Origin: a virus
Taxonomy: Duplodnaviria; Heunggongvirae; Uroviricota; Caudoviricetes
DNA: 36,546 nt
Reading direction: 5' to 3' (one strand)
Virus record (IMG/VR): IMGVR_UViG_2648501206_000003
Shown here: one piece after another, positions 1 to 7,610 of the stretch
Position numbering within the stretch: the first letter of the stretch is position 1
Layout of the letters: every line of letters begins with the position of its first letter
Made by a program: the position numbers and the translations under genes
Notes under the pieces: generated by a model
Database searches by the model: none
The model's input: only the letters and a program-made list of their open reading frames with translations
Told to the model about the DNA's origin: nothing

Positions 1-1935
1 GATCATTAGATGGTCACACGTTCTGCTGGTGGATGTGATTTCTTGATGACCGTTCACCTTAATTGAGTGAGCTGCCGTCTCGCCAGTTTCATTATCGCTA
101 TCGTGATGCCGATTGCCGCCAGTGTTCTCCTTGTGTGGATGTTCAGCGCCCTCCATTTCCTCCGGATCATCTTCCTGAACTTCAACCTGATACTCTTCAT
201 CGAATGTTTCCTGGTATGTTGCGTCGCCCATCACCGCGCCACAATCAGGGCAGTTGCCGCCGCCGGTCTGACCGCAGGCGGTGCAGACTTTTTCCACTTC
301 CTGTTGCGCCACTGGTTCAGGCTGTTTCGTTTCTGGCTCGTTTTGTAACGCATTTGGGCTGTTTTGTTCCGCTTTTTGGTAGTTCCGTTCCGATTCATGC
401 TGGTTCTGGTTTACAGAATCGCGGGTCTGGATCCCCTTAACCCATTTCGGATCATTCGGGTCGCTAATCCCTGCAACAAATTCTCCGCGAGAGGCAGCAA
501 GCAACTTATCGGCGTCAGGCTGGCTGATATTGGCTGCCTGCATAATTTTGTTTACTTCGTCAGCGGTAACTTTTACCGGCCCTGGTTGTGCGGTCGTGTC
601 AGATGCACCAGTATTTTGTTGTGAACCTGAGTATGTACCGTTTTTGCGGGCGAAATATTCTTCTTTCGTGATTTCAGTAGCCCCGGCAGCCAGTGCCTTA
701 TCCAGACCAGAAAGTTTGTTTGCGCGACCGTATTTTTCGCCATCCTTGTCGGTGAAGAGGAAGTAGAACGGCCCCTCACGCTCTACAGATGGTTCGACTT
801 CCACTTTGCATTCGGTTTTTTCGTTGTCCGGAATTGCCGTTTCCACTGCATCAGTTTCTGGTACTGGCGACGAGAGAGTATCAGTTGCGCTCTGATTTCT
901 TCCTTCATCTTCAAACACGCCCTTTGTAGTCAGGTATTCAGTAATGTATTTGTTCAGTGCCACAGGGTCTTTGTGAATGTCGATCGGACGTTCACGGACA
1001 AGGCCAAAAATAGTCCGGCGGTCGTAGCGAAGGGCATCAGGCTGTTTGCGCATTGATGCCGAGATACGCTTCCAGTCTTCGCGGTCGTTGTCGATAACTT
1101 CATTTTTTGCCCAGCGATGGATGCTGCCGTCAATGTTTCCGGCATCCACATCACCAGGCCAGAGAGCGTAGGCCAGTTCGTCATCCAGTGTTTTCCATGT
1201 CTGCTTGTATTCGCGATGAATGGCAGCAATGACCAGGCTGATTTTTCCTGTTGAATTTTCAGTGTGCTGTTGATTGGCTCTGGCGCGGGCGAGATCAACA
1301 ACAGACGTGTATTTTCCGGCTTCCTTGCGTTCACCTTCGCGACGTTTTTTCCAGATGCGCATCTCTGCCTGAATTTCGGGCCATTTGGCACCAGGCTTAC
1401 ATTTATGCTTAACCCACCCGATGGCATGCAGCTTAAGCTCCGGATACATAGCGTTAACTTCTGGCATTTTCATCAACGCTTCAACGATATGTCCGTCGAA
1501 TGTTGCCATGTCTTCCTGCAACAATTCCTGCGCGCTAATCACCATATCAACGGTGATGTTTTCACATGTGTCGAACTTAACCATGACAGCGTTCTGTACT
1601 TCAGGGGCCAGCTTGTCAAAAGTGACGTTCATCGGATCTGATTCAGTCTCAACCGGGACAAAGGAAGCAGACTCCTCATCCCAGCGGTTTTCCTGCATAT
1701 ATTCAGCATCCCAGGAATCGAGGGCAGGGCGGGGTATACCGGGTTTATCCTCGCAAACAAGAAATTTATAAGCGCAGTCCTGAGCAGCCGGATAATGTTC
1801 CAGGAATTGCCAGTGAAATTTTGCGCGGGCGCGACGTTCATCACCGGCTTCAATGGCAGTGGCTACAGCGACTGCACCTTCTTCCTTTATTGCCTGTTCG
1901 TCCGGAATGGCGGCGCAAATAAAGACTTTACTCAT
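1..1935 (-). CDS. recE: Exonuclease VIII (RecE-like), N-terminal and middle part (~645 codons); gene continues past the left window edge
   Basis: Minus-strand frame is open from the window edge to ATG at 1935..1933, with an in-frame stop just upstream (1942..1944) and GAGGT 8 nt before the ATG. Translation around 300..215 reads EVEKVCTACGQTGGGNCPDCGAVMGDATY, which I recognise as the RecE middle region. Absent from the ORF track because it is truncated by the edge. Confidence 0.6.
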   Translation of the reverse strand, partial: MSKVFICAAIPDEQAIKEEGAVAVATAIEAGDERRARAKFHWQFLEHYPAAQDCAYKFLVCEDKPGIPRPALDSWDAEYMQENRWDEESASFVPVETESDPMNVTFDKLAPEVQNAVMVKFDTCENITVDMVISAQELLQEDMATFDGHIVEALMKMPEVNAMYPELKLHAIGWVKHKCKPGAKWPEIQAEMRIWKKRREGERKEAGKYTSVVDLARARANQQHTENSTGKISLVIAAIHREYKQTWKTLDDELAYALWPGDVDAGNIDGSIHRWAKNEVIDNDREDWKRISASMRKQPDALRYDRRTIFGLVRERPIDIHKDPVALNKYITEYLTTKGVFEDEGRNQSATDTLSSPVPETDAVETAIPDNEKTECKVEVEPSVEREGPFYFLFTDKDGEKYGRANKLSGLDKALAAGATEITKEEYFARKNGTYSGSQQNTGASDTTAQPGPVKVTADEVNKIMQAANISQPDADKLLAASRGEFVAGISDPNDPKWVKGIQTRDSVNQNQHESERNYQKAEQNSPNALQNEPETKQPEPVAQQEVEKVCTACGQTGGGNCPDCGAVMGDATYQETFDEEYQVEVQEDDPEEMEGAEHPHKENTGGNRHHDSDNETGETAAHSIKVNGHQEITSTSRTCDHLMI

Positions 1936-2027
1936 TTTGTTTTACCTCATTACAGATTTAAGGGTGAACAAATCCCTGCCATTTCTGGCATATAAGAATG
2001 AAATCGGATGTTTATTACGGAACTGTT

Positions 2028-2219
2028 TTAAAGACCTGCCGGGATTTCGTTATTATCCTGGTGAATAACTTTATCGACCGGGTAACAGTTACCGGGAATT
2101 TTCTGTTCGGTTGCTGCAGTCACACACTCCTGCATTGTCCTGTGAACACTGACTGCAATATCAACTGGCTCTCCGGAAACAAGAAAAAATGTCAGAACAA
2201 GTGCAAATGCTGTATTCAT
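2028..2219 (-). CDS. ydfD: YdfD-like small protein (63 aa, N-terminal hydrophobic segment); Qin YdfD is a reported lysis protein
   Basis: Internal ATG of track ORF 2028..2273 gives 63 aa (MNTAFALVLTFFLVSG...). The ATG overlaps the dicB stop in an ATGA arrangement. Position directly downstream of dicB matches the Qin dicB operon. Confidence 0.55.
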   Translation of the reverse strand: MNTAFALVLTFFLVSGEPVDIAVSVHRTMQECVTAATEQKIPGNCYPVDKVIHQDNNEIPAGL

Positions 2220-2404
2220 TGCCAGCATCCTTTTTGTATCGGACGTAAACGGGCCAGCATTGAAAGAATGCATATTTTATTTAATAACTCCCGTTCGTGT
2301 TTTCTCTTGTTAATGGCATCTTCAGTAAATACAGGGTTACTGATAGTGACACCAATTTCAAAACAACCTTCAGACGTATTAACGTTTGGTAATAACGTTT
2401 CCAT
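2216..2404 (-). CDS. dicB: Cell division inhibitor DicB (62 aa)
   Basis: Internal ATG of track ORF 2216..2509 with GAGGA 7 nt upstream gives 62 aa (METLLPNVNTSEGCFEIGVTISNPVFTEDAINKRK...). Recalled as DicB by sequence and length; sits immediately downstream of the DicF-like RNA. Confidence 0.65.
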   Translation of the reverse strand: METLLPNVNTSEGCFEIGVTISNPVFTEDAINKRKHERELLNKICILSMLARLRPIQKGCWQ

Positions 2405-2573
2405 TATCGCGTCCTCAACAATGAATTTTGTGATGCAGTGCCTGGTGCCTCCAGGTGACGTTAACCAGTTAACAATTAACGCCGGATACAGAGAATCCAC
2501 CCATAACACTGTTTTTGGTTTTAACTGTTCCGCGTGCGCTTAGCCGCATTCACCGCATCACAAAATTCACTTT

Positions 2574-2631
2574 AAAAAGGGCGGCAGAGCAGTCACGGAG
2601 TAAAACTGATACCGCCAAACGTCACCAGAAA
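2574..2631 (-). ncRNA. dicF: DicF-like small RNA (53 nt plus U-tract terminator)
   Basis: Minus-strand sequence TTTCTGGTGACGTTTGGCGGTATCAGTTTTACTCCGTGACTGCTCTGCCGCCC followed by TTTTT. It lies in a ~420 bp non-coding gap between the ydfC-like and dicB genes, exactly where dicF sits in Qin. Sequence match is from memory, not alignment. Confidence 0.6.
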
Positions 2632-2972
2632 ATTGATAACAGAGGGCGTTGCAGCGGGGTTGTCACTTAAGCGTATGGTCAACCTGACAACCCGGTGTCC
2701 TCAACGGGGGAAGGAATAACCCCGCCATACTTACCGCCGCGCCATTTCGCGGATTGCCACAACCGGAAGCGCACGGTCGACGAAAATTTAACGACAGGCT
2801 ATCTATGAACCAGCTACCTCGCCGTGCGCTTTCGCGTTATGGTCTGACTTTTCAGGGAAATATCCTTTCAGTAAACTGTCAGTGCCGGATGCTCACCCGT
2901 GTCCGGCGCACGCACTCCACCTCACCCGTGGAGAACTCCTTAATTACCAACCTTAGCTTCGTTGGTTAGCTA

Positions 2973-3191
2973 TTAACGCGGGTATGTAATCATTCTGGCA
3001 ATGCTTAATGCCGCTGCTTTTTCCAGATTGGTGATATCCTGCTCCAGAGCGGACAGATTTTCAGCCTGCTTAGCCCTGGCTTCATTAGCCCATTTCAGAT
3101 CCTGCGCTGCATTAATTTTCTGGCGCATCCACTCATAAAGTTCATCATCGGTATAGTCTGGCGCGATTATGACGGGTTCTCGTTTCTGCAT
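2973..3191 (-). CDS. ydfC: YdfC-like small protein (72 aa)
   Basis: Track ORF; AGGAA-type RBS upstream of ATG at 3191; length and position (third small gene of the leftward operon, upstream of dicF) match Qin ydfC as recalled. Confidence 0.5.
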   Translation of the reverse strand: MQKREPVIIAPDYTDDELYEWMRQKINAAQDLKWANEARAKQAENLSALEQDITNLEKAAALSIARMITYPR

Positions 3192-3220
3192 ACTGATTCC
3201 TCGCGGTGCTACTTCGCTTA

Positions 3221-3349
3221 TCAGCCGTTAGATTTTGCCGAGCTGGAAAGCGCCTGTTTAAACTCACTGAAGCTGAGAGCTTCTTCGCCTTCGGCAAGGT
3301 CTTCGAAGTATTCTTCGTAAGCCTTTTCCATGATTGTGTCGAAATCCAT
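3221..3349 (-). CDS. ydfB: YdfB-like small acidic protein (42 aa); below the ORF-track length cutoff
   Basis: Hand translation of minus strand: ATG at 3349..3347 preceded by AGGTGAG, giving MDFDTIMEKAYEEYFEDLAEGEEALSFSEFKQALSSSAKSNG, stop at 3223..3221. Tightly packed between the ydfA-like and ydfC-like ORFs. Confidence 0.5.
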   Translation of the reverse strand: MDFDTIMEKAYEEYFEDLAEGEEALSFSEFKQALSSSAKSNG

Positions 3350-3350
3350 A

Positions 3351-3506
3351 TCACTCACCTGAGTTTCTTTCCAGCCAGCGACGGGCACCATTTTCGGTTT
3401 TAAACGTTTTGCTTTTGGTATACGTCATCGCGGTGAACGTGCCGTCCTGGTTGGGAAACACGCCGTACACCAGAGATTCGTTGTTGCCAAGATCGATAGT
3501 ATCCAT
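3351..3506 (-). CDS. ydfA: YdfA-like small protein (51 aa from internal ATG; track ORF extends to 3587)
   Basis: Internal ATG at 3506 with GAGGT 5 nt upstream gives 51 aa (MDTIDLGNNESLVYG...ARRWLERNSGE). The stop lies 1 nt from the ydfB-like ATG. Start choice is uncertain (3506 vs 3587). Confidence 0.45.
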   Translation of the reverse strand: MDTIDLGNNESLVYGVFPNQDGTFTAMTYTKSKTFKTENGARRWLERNSGE

Positions 3507-3688
3507 GCTGACCTCATTTCCCCTTAACGCTGGGGTAGCGGAACAAAAACCTGCTGCATAGTTATTAAAGTTGAACCCTGCCGTCATGTTCTTACGCCTC
3601 GGGCTGGCTACTTAACCCCTGACCACTGCCTGGTAACTCGAAGTATTGCCCTGCATTCTGTGGGGCGGGGTGGGTTGGTATGAAAAGA

Positions 3689-3729
3689 AGGATACCCATA
3701 GGTATTTAAAAAGTAAATACCCATGGGTA
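3689..3729 (-). promoter_or_regulatory. Leftward early promoter (pL-like) with two repressor operator sites
   Basis: 12-bp near-palindromes TACCCATAGGTA (3693..3704) and TACCCATGGGTA (3718..3729). On the minus strand they read -35 TTTACT, 17 bp spacer, -10 TATCCT, with the operators abutting the -35 and overlapping the -10. Same motif as the sites at 4227..4262. Confidence 0.5.
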
Positions 3730-3771
3730 ACTTTTTGCGGTGTCTTAACTGGTGACTAGTTGTTTGGTGAG

Positions 3772-4191
3772 CTATGATGCGTTTTGTGCTTTCTTTTTAC
3801 GGATTTCTTCGTAGATCATATTGTAATACTGTTTTTTCTCTTCAAGAGTTTTTAATAAGTTATCCGCTTCACTTTCTGGCAGTTCGTCTAAGAGATCTAA
3901 AAAAATACGTTGTCGTGGCGTTAGAACCCTTGTTTCATAACTGGAGGCTGTGTTCGTTGATGATGAAACGATACCATCCATCCATCCCCGGGGTAACCCA
4001 AAGGACTCTTCGATAATCTCCACCATATCATCAGCGATCCGTTTTTTTCCCTTTTTCCCCTCTGGGTACAACATTCTTGATACATAAGAAGGCTCGCGCC
4101 CGATCTTTCTGGCCACGTTAACCGCTTTACCATCGCATTTCTCATCACGAATTTTGATGAGTTGCTGTCGTCTAAATTCATATTTGTCCAT
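3772..4191 (-). CDS. Prophage repressor (DicA/RacR-like, 139 aa, no S24 peptidase domain)
   Basis: Track ORF with an N-terminal HTH-like segment (GKAVNVARKIGREPSYVSRML). C-terminal pattern LTPRQRIFLDLLDELPESEADNLL resembles DicA as recalled. Divergent from the Cro-like gene and flanked on both sides by operator repeats. Confidence 0.6.
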   Translation of the reverse strand: MDKYEFRRQQLIKIRDEKCDGKAVNVARKIGREPSYVSRMLYPEGKKGKKRIADDMVEIIEESFGLPRGWMDGIVSSSTNTASSYETRVLTPRQRIFLDLLDELPESEADNLLKTLEEKKQYYNMIYEEIRKKKAQNAS

Positions 4192-4197
4192 AGGTAA

Positions 4198-4266
4198 ATA
4201 ATAGATGCGATTACCGCAAGGTAAACAACCTGTGGGTATTGACTTTTGTTTACCTGTGGGTATTCT
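4198..4266. promoter_or_regulatory. Divergent promoter/operator region: two operators, rightward pR-like promoter, leftward pRM-like promoter giving a near-leaderless repressor mRNA
   Basis: Operators AACCTGTGGGTA (4227..4238) and TACCTGTGGGTA (4251..4262). Plus strand: -35 TTGACT (4239..4244), 16 bp spacer, -10 TATTCT (4261..4266), then AAGGAG (4281..4286) and the ATG at 4292. Minus strand: -10 TATTAT (4203..4198) only 6 nt before the repressor ATG (4191). Confidence 0.5.
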
Positions 4267-4291
4267 TTACTGTGTTTACTAAGGAGTAGCT

Positions 4292-4573
4292 ATGGAAGAA
4301 TTAAGAATATTTCTCAATTCTCTTTCGTCAGATGAACAGCGTATGTTTGCATGCGAGTGTGGTACCAGCATCGGTTATCTAAGAAAGGCATTGAGTAAAG
4401 GTCAAGTGTTAGGGGCATCGTTATGCGTCCTTATTGAGCGAGCCAGTAATGGTGAAGTTACACGTCAGCAACTAAGGCCTTTTGATTGGATGAATATTTG
4501 GCCCGAGCTGGAAGATACCAAAACGTTAACACAACCACTTTCTAGGAGCTTGATTCATGAAAATCAAGCATGA
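4292..4573 (+). CDS. Cro-like HTH regulator (YdaS-family-like)
   Basis: Track ORF with strong RBS AAGGAG; motif GEVTRQQLRPFDW is typical of YdaS/Cro-type proteins; first gene of the rightward operon, divergent from the repressor. Confidence 0.6.
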   Translation: MEELRIFLNSLSSDEQRMFACECGTSIGYLRKALSKGQVLGASLCVLIERASNGEVTRQQLRPFDWMNIWPELEDTKTLTQPLSRSLIHENQA

Positions 4574-4982
4574 ACACATCCGCATGGCGATGAATGCCTG
4601 GGCGCATCCGGACGGTGAAAAAGTTCCGGCAGCTGAAATAACCAGGGCTTATTTTGAACTGGGTATGACGTTCCCAGAACTGTATGACGACAGCCATCCG
4701 GAAGCCCTGGCTCGCAATACCCAGAAAATTTTCCGCTGGGTAGAGAAAGACACCCCTGATGCAGTTGAAAAAATTCAGGCGTTGTTACCAGCGATCGAAA
4801 AGGCAATGCCACCTTTGCTGGTGGCCAGAATGCGCAGCCACAGTTCAGCTTATTTTCGGGAGCTGGTGGAGACGCGGGAGCGACTGGTGAGAGACGCTGA
4901 TGATTTTGTCGCAGTGGCAATCGCCGGTTTCAATCAGATGAACCGTGGTGGCCCGGCAGGAAATGCTGTGGCAGTACATTGA
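4557..4982 (+). CDS. YdaT-like protein (proposed CII functional analogue in Rac-type prophages)
   Basis: Track ORF; N-terminus MKIKHEHI... recalled as YdaT-like; overlaps the Cro-like stop by 17 nt; sits second in the rightward operon as in racR-ydaS-ydaT. Confidence 0.5.
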   Translation: MKIKHEHIRMAMNAWAHPDGEKVPAAEITRAYFELGMTFPELYDDSHPEALARNTQKIFRWVEKDTPDAVEKIQALLPAIEKAMPPLLVARMRSHSSAYFRELVETRERLVRDADDFVAVAIAGFNQMNRGGPAGNAVAVH

Positions 4983-5053
4983 CTGACAATAGCCATATCG
5001 AATCGCTTCCGGCAACTCGTGAGTAAAAAGATTCGGTATCAGAAGAGGTGAGT

Positions 5054-6124
5054 ATGGCTAACGCCTGGCTCAGATTATGGCATGACATGCCAAATGACCC
5101 TAAGTGGCGAACAATTGCCAGGGTGTCAGGGCAGCCAATTGCAACAGTGATGGCAGTGTATATCCACCTCCTGGTGAGCGCGTCACGAAATGTCACGCGA
5201 GGTCACATTGATGTCACGACAGAAGATTTGGCAAGTGCGCTCGACGTGACAGAAGAGGTAATTGATTCAATTTTGCAGACGATGCAGGGGCGGGTACTTG
5301 ATGGTGATTTAATCACTGGATGGGAAAAACGCCAGGTGCTTAAAGAGGACAACGGCAATATTTCGCAAACCGCAAAATCTCCTGCAGAGCGCAAGAGGGC
5401 GCAGCGAGAGAGGGAAAGAAAGCGGGAACAAAATGGCGATTGTCACGGCGCGTCACGAAATGTCACGCACATGTCACGACGAGTCACGACAGATAAAGAT
5501 ACAGATAAAGATACAGATCAAGAAGATCAAAACACTATGGTCCATGGCGTAAAAAACGCCACGAACCAGGCAGGGGATGTTCAGACCGTCAATCTTGGTC
5601 AGCCAGCAGGCACGACACCGGAAGCCGATTCAGCGTATGCGCTGAAAGCCGATTCGGGCGCTGTGCAGCAGGTGATGACCCCAAGGCCGGAGCAATCACA
5701 CCAACTGCAGCAGCCTGAAGCCGATTCCGCCATTCAGCGGGAAGCCGATCGGGTAGTCCCGGAAAACACCGGGCTGTCTGTGGGACGAGTGGATTATCCG
5801 GATGTGTTCGAACAGGTCTGGCGGGAGTACCCGTTGCGTGCCGGAGCAAACCCGAAGAAATCCGCTTTCAGTGCCTGGAAGGCCAGATTACGCGAGGGGG
5901 TGCCACCAGAGGCCATGCTGGATGGCGTGAGGCGTTACGCAAGATACTTGGCGGCTACCGGGAAAACGGGAACGGAATTTGTTCAGCGAGCGACGACGTT
6001 TTTTGGACCGGACCGGAATTTTGAGAACCCCTGGTTGCTCCCGGTAAGCGGCACGAACAACCAGCGTTGTGTGAATCATATTTCTGAACCGGATAACGAA
6101 ATTCCGCCGGGCTTCAGGGGGTAA
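5054..6124 (+). CDS. Replication initiator (lambda O-like / replisome-organiser N-terminal domain); contains the probable origin
   Basis: Track ORF 5048..6124 (GTG); ATG at 5054 follows AGAAGAGG. N-terminus ANAWLRLWHDMPNDPKWRTIA resembles replisome-organiser/DUF1376-type initiators. Iteron arrays lie inside the coding sequence. Confidence 0.55.
   Translation: MANAWLRLWHDMPNDPKWRTIARVSGQPIATVMAVYIHLLVSASRNVTRGHIDVTTEDLASALDVTEEVIDSILQTMQGRVLDGDLITGWEKRQVLKEDNGNISQTAKSPAERKRAQRERERKREQNGDCHGASRNVTHMSRRVTTDKDTDKDTDQEDQNTMVHGVKNATNQAGDVQTVNLGQPAGTTPEADSAYALKADSGAVQQVMTPRPEQSHQLQQPEADSAIQREADRVVPENTGLSVGRVDYPDVFEQVWREYPLRAGANPKKSAFSAWKARLREGVPPEAMLDGVRRYARYLAATGKTGTEFVQRATTFFGPDRNFENPWLLPVSGTNNQRCVNHISEPDNEIPPGFRG
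5182..5218. repeat. Iteron cluster 1: four copies of GTCACG-type repeat at 10-11 bp phasing
   Basis: GTCACG at 5182, 5192, 5213 and GTCACA at 5202; block GCGTCACGAAATGTCACGC repeated again at 5450..5468. Confidence 0.55.
5442..5515. repeat. Iteron cluster 2 (five GTCACG repeats at ~10 bp phasing) plus adjacent AT-rich 12-bp tandem repeat; probable replication origin
   Basis: GTCACG at 5442, 5452, 5462, 5473, 5483; then GATAAAGATACA twice (5492..5515) in an A+T-rich stretch. Arrangement matches lambda ori lying inside gene O. Confidence 0.55.
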
Positions 6125-6164
6125 GTGTTAATTTCTGGTCATGAGGTAATTTTCAGGAGGACTT

Positions 6165-6590
6165 GTGGCAAAAGTTTTTACACAAGAAGAGCGGGAAAAA
6201 ATTAAAGGGCAGGTTGTTGAACTCGTACGCCGGAGTGGGCGCGAGACGTTACGGCAACTGGAAGCCAAGACAGGTGCGACAAGATATCTGATGAGCGTTC
6301 TTGCCAGAGAGCTGGTTGCCAGTGGCGATGTATACAACTCTGGTTACGGGTTATTCCCGTCTGAACAGGCGCGTAAGGACTGGCAAAATGCCCGCAAAAA
6401 ACTCTCAAGGGCAAAGGTGAAGAAACCTGCAGTGGTTGATCCGGACCTTATCTGGTCGTTACCAGACGGCGAAATACGCCGCTACGACAGGCGCCTGAAT
6501 ATAATCTGTCGCGAGTGCCGGAAGAGCGAAGCTATGCAGCGTGTACTGGCATTTTATCAAGGAAATGTTAGGTATTTTAGACGTTACTAG
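6165..6590 (+). CDS. Hypothetical protein (141 aa, possible winged-helix segment, C-terminal CxxC)
   Basis: Track ORF, GTG start preceded by AGGAGG; no family recognised; sits where lambdoid phages usually carry the helicase-loader gene. Confidence 0.45.
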   Translation: MAKVFTQEEREKIKGQVVELVRRSGRETLRQLEAKTGATRYLMSVLARELVASGDVYNSGYGLFPSEQARKDWQNARKKLSRAKVKKPAVVDPDLIWSLPDGEIRRYDRRLNIICRECRKSEAMQRVLAFYQGNVRYFRRY

Positions 6591-6743
6591 ATTAAAGAGC
6601 ATTAGTTCAGATGTGAATTGACATTTTCATGGCGCAGGGTAGAGCCAGCGTGGTTGTCCGCTTTGCGTCAAAACCAGATATTACCAGATTTAGACATATA
6701 TTCCCGATAGCCCTGCTCTGATGCTACACTCTGTGCTATTTTC

Positions 6744-7430
6744 ATGACCCCAATAAAAATATTTATGACTATTGCTGATTTCAAACGGCCTAAATTGGAG
6801 CTCCCAAACGGGGCAAACAAACTACTACTGCACTCTTGCTGTGCTCCATGTTCCGGTGAAGTGATGGAGGCGCTTCAGGCCTCGGGAATCGACTACACCA
6901 TCTTTTTCTACAACCCGAACATTCATCCTCAGAAAGAGTATTTAATTCGTAAGGATGAAAATATTCGCTTTGCTGAACAACACGGCGTGCCGTTTATCGA
7001 TGCTGATTACGACACCGACAACTGGTTTGAACGTGCCAAAGGAATGGAATGGGAGCCTGAGAGGGGGATCCGTTGTACCATGTGTTTTGACATGCGTTTT
7101 GAGCGGACAGCGTTGTACGCTGCTGAAAATGGTTTCAGTGTGATCAGCAGTTCACTGGGCATTTCACGCTGGAAAAATATGCAGCAGGTTAACGAGTGTG
7201 GGCGGCGAGCTGTTGCGCATTATCCGGGTATGGTGTACTGGGATTATAACTGGCGCAAGCAGGGCGGCTCGTCCCGTATGATTGAAATCAGCAAGCGCGA
7301 AAAATTCTATCAGCAGGAATATTGTGGCTGTGTGTATTCTCTGCGCGATACCAATCTACACCGCAAATCTCAGGGACGCCCTCTTATCAAAATTGGCCAA
7401 CTCCACTACGGAAAAGAAGAGAAGGAGTGA
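6744..7430 (+). CDS. DUF208 / QueH-like protein (candidate epoxyqueuosine reductase family); cargo gene
   Basis: Track ORF; motifs [11 protein letters not shown] and FFYNPNIHP recalled as signatures of the DUF208/QueH family; further Cys pairs (CTMC, CGC). Start could be 6744 or 6765. Confidence 0.5.
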   Translation: MTPIKIFMTIADFKRPKLELPNGANKLLLHSCCAPCSGEVMEALQASGIDYTIFFYNPNIHPQKEYLIRKDENIRFAEQHGVPFIDADYDTDNWFERAKGMEWEPERGIRCTMCFDMRFERTALYAAENGFSVISSSLGISRWKNMQQVNECGRRAVAHYPGMVYWDYNWRKQGGSSRMIEISKREKFYQQEYCGCVYSLRDTNLHRKSQGRPLIKIGQLHYGKEEKE

Positions 7431-7610
7431 TTTTATGGATCACCTTTCTGATTGATTTCATATTGGCGAGGTGACGTGAGTTAAGTAGAATGGCTGCGGG
7501 TGCTTGAGGCTATCTGTCTCAGGCATGAACACTGAAAGGCAGATAGAGAAAAGCCCCAGTTAACATTACGCGTCCGGCAAGACGCTTAACATTAATCTGA
7601 GGCTCAATCT

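Noticed and set aside
63-1641. Several plus-strand ORFs (63..440, 67..348, 364..624, 530..766, 1264..1641, 1385..1771) and minus-strand ORFs in other frames (573..779, 954..1427, 1629..1853)
   Set aside because: All overlap the long RecE-like reading frame on the minus strand, which has recognisable sequence and proper start signals.
1998-2543. 181-aa Cys-rich ORF on the plus strand
   Set aside because: Antisense to the dicB/ydfD-like genes and the DicF leader; odd Cys/Asn-rich composition; the minus-strand genes are better supported.
2754-2969. 71-aa plus-strand ORF in the ydfC-dicB intergenic region
   Set aside because: Lies in the non-coding gap that carries the DicF-like RNA on the opposite strand; no RBS; Arg-rich composition.
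5496-5534. Short tandem GATAAAGATACA repeats considered as a possible CRISPR-like or integration repeat
   Set aside because: Only two copies, inside a coding sequence and adjacent to iterons; best explained as the AT-rich part of the replication origin.
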